In this document: piece by piece, positions 36,896 through 46,631 of the stretch
Numbering within the stretch: the first letter of the stretch is position 1
How the letters are laid out: every line of letters begins with the position of its first letter
From: a virus
Taxonomy: Duplodnaviria > Caudoviricetes
DNA: 64,000 bases
Virus record (IMG/VR): IMGVR_UViG_3300028603_000021
Coordinates: 126,019 to 190,018 of that record
Direction: 5' to 3' (one strand)
Made by a program: the position numbers and the translations under genes
Notes under the pieces: model-generated
What the model was told of the DNA's origin: nothing
Database searches by the model: none
What the model saw: only the letters and a program-made list of their open reading frames with translations

Positions 36896-38620
36896 ATGGC
36901 GTTCAGAGTACCCTTCGGCTATGATCTAATCGTAGACGGGCTGCCATCTAAGAGAGCCGGTGAGATGTCCGGCGGCCAGTACGGTCTGAGAGAGGTCTTA
37001 GACGGTACAGTGGAAGGCTGGCAGCTTATACCTACCGGAGAGTACAGAGAGGTGCCTGCGTTTTCCCCGCCGGGTGAAGTGCTGGATATCTGTGATGCTA
37101 TATCTGCCTCGGGTGGAGACACTATCTTCGCTGGCGGAGTAGTAAGGGATAGCCTTGCTGGTGTAGAGAATAAGGACATAGACGTAGAGGTCTACGGCAT
37201 GAAGCCGGATAAGCTGGAAAGTGTCCTATCTAAGTTCGGTAGAGTTGACACTGTTGGGTCAAGCTTCGGAATCATAAAACTTACAACGGAGACAAACGAC
37301 TACGACTTCAGCTTGCCGCGCCGGGAAAACAAAGCAGGCAAAGGGCACCGTGGTTTCGTGGTAGAACCTGATGAAAACATGACCTACGAAGAGGCAGGGG
37401 CACGCAGGGATTTCACCATAAACGCTATGAGCATGACTACAGGTGGAAGGCTTATAGATTATTTCAGAGGCCTTACAGATCTTCGTGACAGGATACTCAG
37501 GCACACGTCTAACCACTTCTCGGAAGATCCTTTACGTGTTCTCAGGGGATTTCAGTTTGCTAGCAGGTTCGGTATGTCTATGGACAAGAAGACCGCCGAC
37601 TTATCTCGCTCTCTGAGGAACGAATACTCAGAACTACCGAAGGAAAGAGTCTGGACTGAGTGGGAGAAGTGGGGGTCTAAGGGGCGTTTCCCTAGTGCCG
37701 GGATACAGGTTCTCAAGGACACAGACTGGCTAGAGCTGTACCCAGAGCTTGCCCAGATGGATGGTGTGAAGCAAGACCCCGAATACCACCCTGAAGGGGA
37801 TGTCCTTGTCCATACTATGCATGTAGTGGACGAAGCTGCTAAGATAGCTGAGAGAGAAAACCTAGACAGCAGAGAAAAGCTTATCCTGATGTTTGCAGCC
37901 CTGTGCCACGACCTAGGAAAACCAGAGACTACGGTTCTGAAGAACAGCAGGTGGGCATCGCCTGGGCACGCACAAGCTGGAGAAAAGCTGACTGTCTCGT
38001 TCCTTTCTTCCATCGGTGCTCCGTCTTGGCTTATAGAGAGCGTAGCACCTCTAGTCGTAGAACACATGGCGCACGTCGGCGTAGAGATGACACCTAGGGT
38101 TGTAAACAGGATAGCAGCCAGAGTATCTCCGTCTAACATAAGGATGCTTTCATACGTGATAGAAGCAGACCACTCCGGCAGGCCGCCGCTAGAAAAAGGG
38201 CTCCCAGAAGAAGCTGAGAAGATGGTAGAGATGTCAGAGAGGCTGTCGATAGCTTCGAACAAGCCCAAGGCTCTTCTAGGAGGAAAGGACTTGTTTGACC
38301 TAGCAGATACCGGAGCACTGCCAGAAGCCTACATGCGTCCGGGTAAGCACTTCGGAGTCTTGTTAAACTACCTCTACGAAGCTCAGCTAGACGGTGAGTT
38401 CGATACGCCAGAAGAAGGGCGTAAGTTTGTTGCGTTCATGTTTGACGAAGAAAAAAAGTCTAGCATAGAAGAGGCGATAGACTACATAGAATCACTCAAC
38501 CGCAGGCGCTTACTGAGGCTGATCGACGAAGCTAACAGACAGGGGCTGTCTGAAGAGGAGCTTCTTCAGCTACCGAGAGAAGAGATAGCAAGAATGTCCC
38601 AGCTTGCCGTATCTAAGTAA
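36896..38620 (+). CDS. cca: tRNA nucleotidyltransferase (class II CCA-adding/poly(A) polymerase family) with HD domain and an extra N-terminal module
   Basis: GGVVRD, DIDVEV, RRDFTINAM, EDPLRVLR; HD domain YHPEGDVLVHT...LCHDLGKP...GHA. Confidence 0.88.
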   Translation: MAFRVPFGYDLIVDGLPSKRAGEMSGGQYGLREVLDGTVEGWQLIPTGEYREVPAFSPPGEVLDICDAISASGGDTIFAGGVVRDSLAGVENKDIDVEVYGMKPDKLESVLSKFGRVDTVGSSFGIIKLTTETNDYDFSLPRRENKAGKGHRGFVVEPDENMTYEEAGARRDFTINAMSMTTGGRLIDYFRGLTDLRDRILRHTSNHFSEDPLRVLRGFQFASRFGMSMDKKTADLSRSLRNEYSELPKERVWTEWEKWGSKGRFPSAGIQVLKDTDWLELYPELAQMDGVKQDPEYHPEGDVLVHTMHVVDEAAKIAERENLDSREKLILMFAALCHDLGKPETTVLKNSRWASPGHAQAGEKLTVSFLSSIGAPSWLIESVAPLVVEHMAHVGVEMTPRVVNRIAARVSPSNIRMLSYVIEADHSGRPPLEKGLPEEAEKMVEMSERLSIASNKPKALLGGKDLFDLADTGALPEAYMRPGKHFGVLLNYLYEAQLDGEFDTPEEGRKFVAFMFDEEKKSSIEEAIDYIESLNRRRLLRLIDEANRQGLSEEELLQLPREEIARMSQLAVSK

Positions 38621-38639
38621 AAAGAGGTATAATACAACG

Positions 38640-39251
38640 ATGCTACCAAGATACTCACACAAACTAGGCGAAAGATTTCGCGTTGTCAGGGAAACTCCCA
38701 GCAAACTGAGGGTTCGCAAGGTAGGTGCTCCCAACAACGACGGGAACTACCTGTATCTCAACTTCGGGACATCACAGCTGGATGCTGTGCCTACACCGAC
38801 TGCCGAGCACGAAAAGGTGCTTACAGCACTGATGGACACTAACCTCCTTGAGTACGACTTCCAGAACACCTTTCCTCGTACAGCAGGTGAGTATCTGTTC
38901 GAGTACGAGATCACGAGCGACAGCTCGCTGGAGTATGAGATACATACTGTAGGGGATATGGCGTCTACACCATCTTGCCGCATCTACGGATACCTGAGAG
39001 ATGTCTCTGGCGCACCGATGTCTGGCCAGGTTGTAGAGGCCATGCTCAACCGTGGATACTTCCCTCACAAGTCCGGAACCGCTAACACAAGACTCTCTAC
39101 GATAACCGACGAATCTGGCTACTTTGAGTTAGCTCTCATGCCGGGGCTAGATGTGACTATAAGCATACCAGCTATCGGCTATGTACAGCGTGGAGTAGTT
39201 CCCAACACCGGCTCTGTGGAGTTTAACTCTGACACCCTTCTGAGGAACTGA
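38640..39251 (+). CDS. Virion structural protein (Ig/carboxypeptidase-regulatory-like domain)
   Basis: CRIYGYLRDVSGAP...TDESGYFELAL; leaderless start 6 nt after TATAAT. Confidence 0.5.
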   Translation: MLPRYSHKLGERFRVVRETPSKLRVRKVGAPNNDGNYLYLNFGTSQLDAVPTPTAEHEKVLTALMDTNLLEYDFQNTFPRTAGEYLFEYEITSDSSLEYEIHTVGDMASTPSCRIYGYLRDVSGAPMSGQVVEAMLNRGYFPHKSGTANTRLSTITDESGYFELALMPGLDVTISIPAIGYVQRGVVPNTGSVEFNSDTLLRN

Positions 39252-39252
39252 T

Positions 39253-39843
39253 ATGTACGATAAGGTTACCAGGGTCATAGGCACGGTACGTGACTCTAAC
39301 GGGGTTCTGTCTAAGGGTGCTGTCATAGAGGCTCAGCTGATGGGGCAGATGATATACTCTCCAGGAGTAGTCGGTAACAAGATGTACCAGACCGAGAGCA
39401 ACGCCTTCGGTAAGTTCCTCTTAGACTTGGCTCCATGCACACTAGACGGTACTAAGCCTAACAACTACTATTCATTTAAGATAATCGACAGCACTACTAA
39501 CTACTACTCTAAGATAGTTCCTGAAACTGTAGGTAAAATCCCAGTGGAGTTCGATGATCTACAGGACTATGTGCCAGAAAACCTAAGAACACCGTTCTTC
39601 GGTGGAGGGTCAACTGTACTACTTCCACCAGAAGGAGACTACACAGGGCTCTTTTCTTATGCGCCGCTGCAAGGTGACGGCACCACAGACACATTCACCG
39701 TGCCTGGGAAAGTACACATGGTAGTGCTGAACGGTATAGTACAAAACCCAGCCGCAGATTATACAAACGTAACTACGAACAGTGTCAGATTCTTACAAAC
39801 ACCACTCGCTGGTGACGTGATACTGATACAGTACAAGATATAG
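39253..39843 (+). CDS. Virion structural protein
   Basis: VIGTVRDSNG...; GDGTTDTF...VVLNGIVQ...DY...GDVILIQY. Confidence 0.55.
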   Translation: MYDKVTRVIGTVRDSNGVLSKGAVIEAQLMGQMIYSPGVVGNKMYQTESNAFGKFLLDLAPCTLDGTKPNNYYSFKIIDSTTNYYSKIVPETVGKIPVEFDDLQDYVPENLRTPFFGGGSTVLLPPEGDYTGLFSYAPLQGDGTTDTFTVPGKVHMVVLNGIVQNPAADYTNVTTNSVRFLQTPLAGDVILIQYKI

Positions 39844-39860
39844 GAAGGAGGTGTAGCCTG

Positions 39861-40052
39861 ATGGATATAACCCCCATACTCCAAGCAAACAACGAAAACC
39901 TCAAGTCTGTCGAGATATCTTTGCTAGGACAGATAGAGAAATTCAAAGAAGAGCTGGTGAAAACCAGAGCAAAGATAGCTCATAACACAGAACTACTGGA
40001 GATACTGTCACGTGCTGAAGACACTAACGAGACAACAACAGATACAGAATAG
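39861..40052 (+). CDS. Small coiled-coil protein
   Basis: AAGGAGG RBS. Confidence 0.55.
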   Translation: MDITPILQANNENLKSVEISLLGQIEKFKEELVKTRAKIAHNTELLEILSRAEDTNETTTDTE

Positions 40053-40503
40053 CTCAGCTGTATCTGACAATCTTCCTCTGGGGTATGATAACATTGAAAC
40101 CCTAGAGGAAGACCTTAACTATCTCAGAAGCGTTATAAAGGATATAAAAGGTACCTCTGACTACGACAGCCCTCTGACTAAAAAGCTAGAGGAGCTAGCT
40201 GACGAACTAGGTGAGTACACAGCGGAAACACCCCCTACCGGGGACTACTCCGAGCGTATAGCAACCACTAGGTGGGTTCATGATGCAATGGTCTTGTCTG
40301 GAGGAGATGCTAGGTACGTGCATACACAGAACTCAACCGCTTCGATCTGGTACGTGCAGCATAACCTAGGAAAATTCCCGAGCGTAACGGTAACCCTCCC
40401 GGACAACATCACAGTGGCAGAAGGGAACGTGGTATACATTGATGCGAACAAACTAGAGATACACTTATCGAGCGCTACCTCCGGTACTGCTTATATAAAC
40501 TAG
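40012..40503 (+). CDS. Fiber-associated protein
   Basis: TPPTGDYSERIATT; YVHTQ..WYVQHNLGKFPSVTV...SGTAYIN. Confidence 0.6.
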   Translation: MLKTLTRQQQIQNSSAVSDNLPLGYDNIETLEEDLNYLRSVIKDIKGTSDYDSPLTKKLEELADELGEYTAETPPTGDYSERIATTRWVHDAMVLSGGDARYVHTQNSTASIWYVQHNLGKFPSVTVTLPDNITVAEGNVVYIDANKLEIHLSSATSGTAYIN

Positions 40504-40516
40504 GAGTTAATATAAC

Positions 40517-42886
40517 ATGGCAAAGAAGTTCTTAGTACCAATTGACCTTACCAAGCTAGAACTGCTCAACGCAGCTGTGCACAACGCAGCATCCGCACCG
40601 GCGAGCCCTTCTGTCGGGCAGGTGTACTACAACACCACCAGCAAGAAGCTTAATATCTATGATGGTGCACAGTGGAACCAGCTGGAGGACAGCGGTGGTC
40701 TCTCTGGTGTGCAGTCAGTTACTGGTTCAGCTCCTCTATCGGTAGACCAGACAACCGGCGCTGTCACTGTATCTATATCCGCAGCTACCACAAGCGCGGC
40801 TGGCTCTATGTCCAGCACGGATAAAACCAAGCTAGACAACGCCACAGCATCTAACACCAACAGCACACTGGTACTGAGAGATGGAAGTGGGAATTTCTCT
40901 GCTGGAACGATAACAGCAGCCCTGACAGGCAGCGCGACACTGCTCGGTGGGCAAGCCGGGTCTTACTATCTCGACAGAACGAAACATAGCGGAACCCAAA
41001 ACGCTAGCACGATAAGTGACCTAGCAAGCACTGTAAAAGGATACAGACTTGACGAGTTCGCCAAGCCGACTGCTAACATCGACCTCAACTCCAACAGGAT
41101 AGTTGGCCTTGCAGCACCTGTAGCAGACGGTGATGCGGTCAACAAGTCGTATGTCGATGCAGCTCGCATGGGTCTCGATGCTAAAGAGTCTGTTCGTGCA
41201 GCCACAACAGGGAATATCACCCTTTCTGGTACGCAGACCGTAGACGGCGTAGTTCTGGTTGCTGGGGACAGAGTTCTTGTAAAAGACCAGACAGATAAGA
41301 AGACTAACGGTATCTACGATGTAGTAGGTGGAGCTGGGGCATGGACAAGATCACCAGACGCCGTTGCAGGGAAGCTCAACTCTGGTGCTTACGTCTTCGT
41401 AGAGGAAGGCACAGCTAACGACAACAGCGGTTGGGTGCTGTCAACCCCAGAACCCATCACAGTCGGGACTACTAACATAGACTTTGTTCAGTTCTCTGGT
41501 ACGGGACAGATAATCGCCGGAAACGGTATCGACAAAACTGGCAACACAATCTCCGCTAAAGGCACTGCCAACAGGATAAGCGTAAGTGCGTCTGGAATTG
41601 ATATAGCATCTAACTACGTTGGCCAGAGCACCATAACCACACTTGGAACAATCACAACCGGCACCTGGAACGGCACAACGATAGCTGTAGACAAGGGTGG
41701 TACGGGGATCACCTCGTACACAGCGAACAACTACATCCGCGCTTCAGGAGCCACTACACTAGAACAGCGTACTCCTGCTAACGTACTAAGCGACATCGGT
41801 GCAGTAGCGGCGAACGATGCTATCACCGGAGCTACTAAAACAAAAATAACCTACGATTCAAAGGGATTGGTAACAGCTGGGGCAAGCCTTATCGCCTCTG
41901 ATATACCAGAGCTAGACGCAGCTAAAATTACAACAGGCACATTTCTTATAGGGCGGATCCCCACAGGAACAACATCAACTACCGTATCCCTTGGTAACCA
42001 CAACCACACACTAGACAGCCTAACGTCCGTGACCATCAGCAGCAAGGCGTCTAACGATGTGTTGCAGTGGAACGGCACCGCCTGGGTCAACAAGACCTTG
42101 GCCGGGGCTGGTATCTCTGCTACTGGGCATACCCACTCTGGTGCTGATATCACGAGCGGCACTGTTGATTTTGCTCGCTTACCAACAGGCACGGGCGCAA
42201 ACGAAGTAGCTGTAGGGAACCACAACCACACCTTTGACAGCCTGAGTAATGTAACTATCAGTGCGAAGTCTACATCTGATGTAGTTCAGTGGAACGGCAC
42301 CGCCTGGGTCAACAAGACCTTAGCTGGAGCAGGTATCGCTGCTGCTAGCCACACACACGACGCCGGTGACATAACAACCGGAACGCTGCCAGTTGGACGC
42401 GGGGGTACTGGACTCAGCAGCATAACCTCCAACTCATTCCTCAAGGGTAACGGCACTGGTGCTCTCGTACAGAGAACATACGCAGAGGTTAAGACTGACC
42501 TCAGCCTCGACAACGTAGAAAACACGAAGCTCTCAACATGGGCTGGAACATCGAGCATAACCACCCTCGGTACGATAGGTACAGGAACATGGAGCGCTAC
42601 CACAATCGCTGTAGCGAAGGGTGGTACTGGAGCCACAACAGCTGCTGCCGCTAGAAGCAACCTCGGTGCTCCAGGAAAATACGTTGGAAACGCAGGCAAC
42701 AGCACCAGCAACATAATAACTCACAACCTTGGTACGAGAGACGTAACTGTAACTGTGTACGAAAGTGCTTCGCCTTACAACGTAGTAGAGTGCGATGTAC
42801 AGCTCACAAGCACCACGACACTTACACTTAACTTCGCAGTCGCGCCAGCAGCAAGCGATACCTACAAGGTTGTTGTAGTAGGGTAA
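40517..42886 (+). CDS. Tail fiber protein
   Basis: KESVRAATTGNITLSGTQTVDGV...GDRVLVKDQ...NGIY; HxH repeats; GGTG repeats. Confidence 0.8.
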   Translation: MAKKFLVPIDLTKLELLNAAVHNAASAPASPSVGQVYYNTTSKKLNIYDGAQWNQLEDSGGLSGVQSVTGSAPLSVDQTTGAVTVSISAATTSAAGSMSSTDKTKLDNATASNTNSTLVLRDGSGNFSAGTITAALTGSATLLGGQAGSYYLDRTKHSGTQNASTISDLASTVKGYRLDEFAKPTANIDLNSNRIVGLAAPVADGDAVNKSYVDAARMGLDAKESVRAATTGNITLSGTQTVDGVVLVAGDRVLVKDQTDKKTNGIYDVVGGAGAWTRSPDAVAGKLNSGAYVFVEEGTANDNSGWVLSTPEPITVGTTNIDFVQFSGTGQIIAGNGIDKTGNTISAKGTANRISVSASGIDIASNYVGQSTITTLGTITTGTWNGTTIAVDKGGTGITSYTANNYIRASGATTLEQRTPANVLSDIGAVAANDAITGATKTKITYDSKGLVTAGASLIASDIPELDAAKITTGTFLIGRIPTGTTSTTVSLGNHNHTLDSLTSVTISSKASNDVLQWNGTAWVNKTLAGAGISATGHTHSGADITSGTVDFARLPTGTGANEVAVGNHNHTFDSLSNVTISAKSTSDVVQWNGTAWVNKTLAGAGIAAASHTHDAGDITTGTLPVGRGGTGLSSITSNSFLKGNGTGALVQRTYAEVKTDLSLDNVENTKLSTWAGTSSITTLGTIGTGTWSATTIAVAKGGTGATTAAAARSNLGAPGKYVGNAGNSTSNIITHNLGTRDVTVTVYESASPYNVVECDVQLTSTTTLTLNFAVAPAASDTYKVVVVG

Positions 42887-42891
42887 CCTGA

Positions 42892-44898
42892 ATGCCTAAA
42901 TTTCTGACCCAGCTGGAGATACCGTCATCCAGCATAAGCAACGCTACCGGTGATATACTTACTATCACTGGTGGCGGTATTGTGTCCAAGAGAACTGCTG
43001 CCCAGATCCTCTCAGATACTGGGGCAGCAGCGGATAACTCTGTAGTAAAACTCACGGGTAACCAAACTGTAGCTGGGGTAAAAACATTTAGCTCTATACC
43101 GATACTTCCAGCAAGCAACCCAACAACTGACAACGAGGCGTCTAGAAAGAAGTACGTAGACGACGGGTTGGCTACCAAAGCAGCCACATCACATGTTCAT
43201 AGCGCCGCTGATATAACCTCGGGAACTTTGGATGTTGCTCGTGGTGGCACGGGGGCGGCTACCCTTACCTCTGGTAGCTACCTTGTGGGAGCTGGAACTA
43301 GTGCAGTTACATTTAAGACACCTGGACAGGTTTTAACAGATATCGGCGCTGCCGCAGCATCTCATGTTCACGCAGCTGGTGATGTTACGTCCGGTACCTT
43401 TGACATAGCGCGCATCCCCACAGGCACTACAAGCTCTACAGTTGCTTTAGGTAATCACAACCACACCTTTGACTCGCTCTCTAACGTAACTATAACCTCT
43501 GTAGGTACCGGGCATCTTCTCAGGTGGAACGGTACTGCCTGGGTAAACGGAACTATCGCAGCTACTGGTGTGGCGGCGGCTTCGCATACGCACAATGCAA
43601 GCGACATAAACGCTGGAACACTGGGAGTAGCACGAGGTGGAACTGGCGCAGCCACACTAACATCTGGTAGTTACCTCATAGGGGCGGGAACTGGTGCTGT
43701 TACCTTTAAAACCCCAGGACAAGTGCTAACAGATATAGGGGCAGCAGCCTCATCACACACCCACAACGCTTCGGATATAAATGCTGGCACACTAGCGGTA
43801 GCTCGCGGTGGCACAGGAATAGCCAGCTACACGGCAAACAACTACATCAGAGCTTCTGGTGCTACTACTTTAGAACAAAGAACACCTGCTAATGTCCTGT
43901 CTGATATCGGGGCGGCTGCTGACAGCGACGTTGTGAAGCTCAGCGGAGACCAGACGATAGCAGGGGTCAAGACATTCTCTAGCTCTCCCATTGTTCCAAC
44001 ACCTACCACAGACACCCAAGCAGCTACTAAGAAGTACGTAGACGACAACGCTGGCGGAAGCGCCCCCGACCCATCCATGAAAACCTTCTCTGTCAGCCCA
44101 AACGAGAACGGTAACTACTACCTGACATTCGCTACAGGTGTAACACTAGACCTTGGAAGCGTAACTAAACGCGGCACAGGAACTGTTGTATATGCTAAGT
44201 CTACTGACGGTTCGTCGTTCGCTACCGTAACAGGAAGTCAGAGTTTTGCAACCTCGGATGTACTGAGAGTAGGGGTGACCTCTTTTGATACGTACCTCGC
44301 GCTGTCTATCCCGGTAACGTCAGACGCATACGCTCCTCTCGTAGATTACTACGTAAACCCACAAGCCAACGGCGACACATACGTGACGTTTTCTACACAG
44401 ACTATCCTAGACCTCGGGAACGTTACGAAACGCGGAACGGGAACCCTTGCTTACGAAAGAAGCACAGACGGTACCAACTTCTCCTCCGTAACGGGTGCAA
44501 CCACGTTCAACGCTAACGACGTGCTGAAGATCACAGTTACATCGTACTCTGGCTACCTTACTCTGACTATACCTAACTTAGGTACAGGAACCAGCAGGCA
44601 GGCTCCAGTTTCTGGTGTAGCTACAGGAACTCTGAGTCTAGACGACACACACAACGGCGGTGTGGTTGAAGTATCGTCTACAGCAACCGGAGTAACGTTC
44701 GACGGAAGCTACTCTGCTGGGTATAACGTTATGCTAGTCAATGCAAAATCCTCTTCTATGACTATCACTAGAGATACTGGAAAAACCCTGAGGAACGGAA
44801 CTGGAACAGCTGCTACGTACACACTAGCCGCAGGCGAGTCTGTGACCTGCGTTGCAACAACCAGCGATGACATAAGGATTGTCGGCACAGTAACGTGA
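42892..44898 (+). CDS. Tail fiber protein
   Basis: GNQTVAGVKTFSS; repeated SHTHNASDINAGTL.ARGGTG. Confidence 0.8.
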   Translation: MPKFLTQLEIPSSSISNATGDILTITGGGIVSKRTAAQILSDTGAAADNSVVKLTGNQTVAGVKTFSSIPILPASNPTTDNEASRKKYVDDGLATKAATSHVHSAADITSGTLDVARGGTGAATLTSGSYLVGAGTSAVTFKTPGQVLTDIGAAAASHVHAAGDVTSGTFDIARIPTGTTSSTVALGNHNHTFDSLSNVTITSVGTGHLLRWNGTAWVNGTIAATGVAAASHTHNASDINAGTLGVARGGTGAATLTSGSYLIGAGTGAVTFKTPGQVLTDIGAAASSHTHNASDINAGTLAVARGGTGIASYTANNYIRASGATTLEQRTPANVLSDIGAAADSDVVKLSGDQTIAGVKTFSSSPIVPTPTTDTQAATKKYVDDNAGGSAPDPSMKTFSVSPNENGNYYLTFATGVTLDLGSVTKRGTGTVVYAKSTDGSSFATVTGSQSFATSDVLRVGVTSFDTYLALSIPVTSDAYAPLVDYYVNPQANGDTYVTFSTQTILDLGNVTKRGTGTLAYERSTDGTNFSSVTGATTFNANDVLKITVTSYSGYLTLTIPNLGTGTSRQAPVSGVATGTLSLDDTHNGGVVEVSSTATGVTFDGSYSAGYNVMLVNAKSSSMTITRDTGKTLRNGTGTAATYTLAAGESVTCVATTSDDIRIVGTVT

Positions 44899-45524
44899 AT
44901 CACGTACTAAACAACACATTTAACTTCTTTACTGGGGGAGTACTTGCCCCGCCGGGGATAAAATTTATCTCGTCAGGCACAGGAACTAACTCTATCGGAA
45001 CGATGCCAGCACACCAAGCTGGTGATCTTCTGGTTGTGTTCGCATACCGCGACGGCAATACAACCGCTCCTTCCCTAGTTTCAGGGTGGACTAGCCTACA
45101 CTCAGCTGGAGCCAACAGCAACAGCGCTAGAGTTGCGTACAGAGTAGCAACTAGTAGCTCTATGACATCTGGCACTTGGACGAACGCTAGCAGTGTTATC
45201 TGCCTTGTATACCGTAATGCAACTCCCGGGGCTGTTGATGTTGGAGGGGCTGTAAGCACTACGGTTACGTACCCGGCGTTGACACTCGGAGTATCTGATG
45301 GGAGCAGCTGGGTTGCGTGTTTTGCTGGCCACCGTTCGGTGAACACCGCACTAGAGACTCCACCAACAGGAACTACTTTAAGGGCGACGGTCGTGGATGC
45401 TACCGACGAAGCCGCTGCCTTCGATACTGGTGGGGGAGTAACATCGTGGACATCCAAAGCCGTCTCAGTTGGAGGGACTTCTTCTGGGTGGCGTGCATAC
45501 TCGCTGGAGATCAAATTGGCATGA
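44895..45524 (+). CDS. Fiber tip/receptor-binding-type beta protein
   Basis: PAHQAGDLLVVFAY..PS..SGWT; overlaps the fiber stop codon. Confidence 0.55.
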   Translation: MNHVLNNTFNFFTGGVLAPPGIKFISSGTGTNSIGTMPAHQAGDLLVVFAYRDGNTTAPSLVSGWTSLHSAGANSNSARVAYRVATSSSMTSGTWTNASSVICLVYRNATPGAVDVGGAVSTTVTYPALTLGVSDGSSWVACFAGHRSVNTALETPPTGTTLRATVVDATDEAAAFDTGGGVTSWTSKAVSVGGTSSGWRAYSLEIKLA

Positions 45525-46009
45525 AGCGTGAGCTAAACATCTCATGGAAAAGCGTGTTTGAGTTTGCTAGACCGTGCGTAGTGGTTATCCCCGTAGACGC
45601 TCCAGAGCTGCTTCTGCACGGTGGTGAGTCTGATCTTCACATCACACTTCTCACAGTAAAAGACGTGAATATTGATGCACTACACCGTGTATGTTCTCGG
45701 GTAGCAAAAGAGGCGTCAGTGTTCTCTGTGAAACTTAACGAGATAGACAGCTTCCAGGTAGACAACGAGACAAAAACTCTGCATATACCAGTATCTAGCC
45801 CGTACCTGCACGAGCTTCGCTCTAAGCTGATAGATGAGATAACAGAGGCAGGTATGGGGTACAGCAAGAAACACGACTTCAAGCCCCACATAACACTTGC
45901 ATATATAAGCACGGGTGCTCCGATTCCCGCCGTAAAGGAACAACCTGCCGTAGACGCAACTTCAATAGAGGTGTGGAACAACGGAGTCAGATTTCCTTAC
46001 TCGTTCTAA
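45521..46009 (+). CDS. 2H phosphoesterase (LigT/Acb1-like)
   Basis: Two HxT motifs, LHITL and FKPHITLAY; start at the ATGA overlap. Confidence 0.85.
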   Translation: MKRELNISWKSVFEFARPCVVVIPVDAPELLLHGGESDLHITLLTVKDVNIDALHRVCSRVAKEASVFSVKLNEIDSFQVDNETKTLHIPVSSPYLHELRSKLIDEITEAGMGYSKKHDFKPHITLAYISTGAPIPAVKEQPAVDATSIEVWNNGVRFPYSF

Positions 46010-46014
46010 TCTTT

Positions 46015-46037
46015 CTCATGTAAATCTACAGTAGAAT
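46015..46037 (+). promoter_or_regulatory. CTCA-N13-TAnnnT promoter (other copies at 46588, 47350, 48654, 52974)
   Basis: Five copies at gene starts with an identical 13-nt spacer and no TTGACA. Confidence 0.65.
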
Positions 46038-46042
46038 AAGCG

Positions 46043-46537
46043 ATGGAGGATTTGATGGATACTACAGGTTTGATGGATACTACAGGTTTGATAAATACTA
46101 CACTTACTGACTACTGCAATAACTTCGAAGAAACTATTACAACTACCTGGCCGACTGGATGGTCAGATGGAACACTAACTTGGTCACCGAATCACAGGTA
46201 TGGGTGGCCACACTACTACTACTACAGAGTGTGTGACCCGTGGCCGCATACTCTCTGGCCAAGCTACTACAACATCTTCGTTGCACCGCCGTCTGTACCA
46301 CCACGCATACGCGACGGTGTGTGGGAGCTAGAAATCCCCGGAGCCACAGACGTAACAGTCACATACCTTGGTAGTGTGGTTACTGTTTCTTACCGCGACA
46401 GAAAGGGCGAAGAAAAAACTGTGTTTGAAACACTGGAGAACACATACGACATCAGCACAGGAAAAGCCAGCTATAAAGATGGAATCCTCACTGTCTCGTT
46501 CCAGAAAGCAAAACCTACACAGATAGAGCTTTCCTAG
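46043..46537 (+). CDS. Hsp20/alpha-crystallin-like protein
   Basis: LEIPG...KASYKDGILTVSFQK...IEL; N-terminal 18-nt tandem repeat (LMDTTG). Confidence 0.55.
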   Translation: MEDLMDTTGLMDTTGLINTTLTDYCNNFEETITTTWPTGWSDGTLTWSPNHRYGWPHYYYYRVCDPWPHTLWPSYYNIFVAPPSVPPRIRDGVWELEIPGATDVTVTYLGSVVTVSYRDRKGEEKTVFETLENTYDISTGKASYKDGILTVSFQKAKPTQIELS

Positions 46538-46546
46538 TAAGACATG

Positions 46547-46576
46547 CCCCCGCTCTCTGTACAGCGGGGGATTTTT
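46547..46576 (+). terminator. Intrinsic terminator
   Basis: CCCCCGCT...AGCGGGGG followed by ATTTTT. Confidence 0.7.
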
Positions 46577-46631
46577 GTCTCATGAAACTCATGCATGTCA
46601 GAAGTAGAGTATAAGCTGAAGGGAGGCACGA

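Noticed and set aside
41700-43920. Diversity-generating retroelement template/variable repeat pair among the fiber repeats
   Set aside because: Differences are mostly synonymous and not adenine-specific; no reverse transcriptase in the window.
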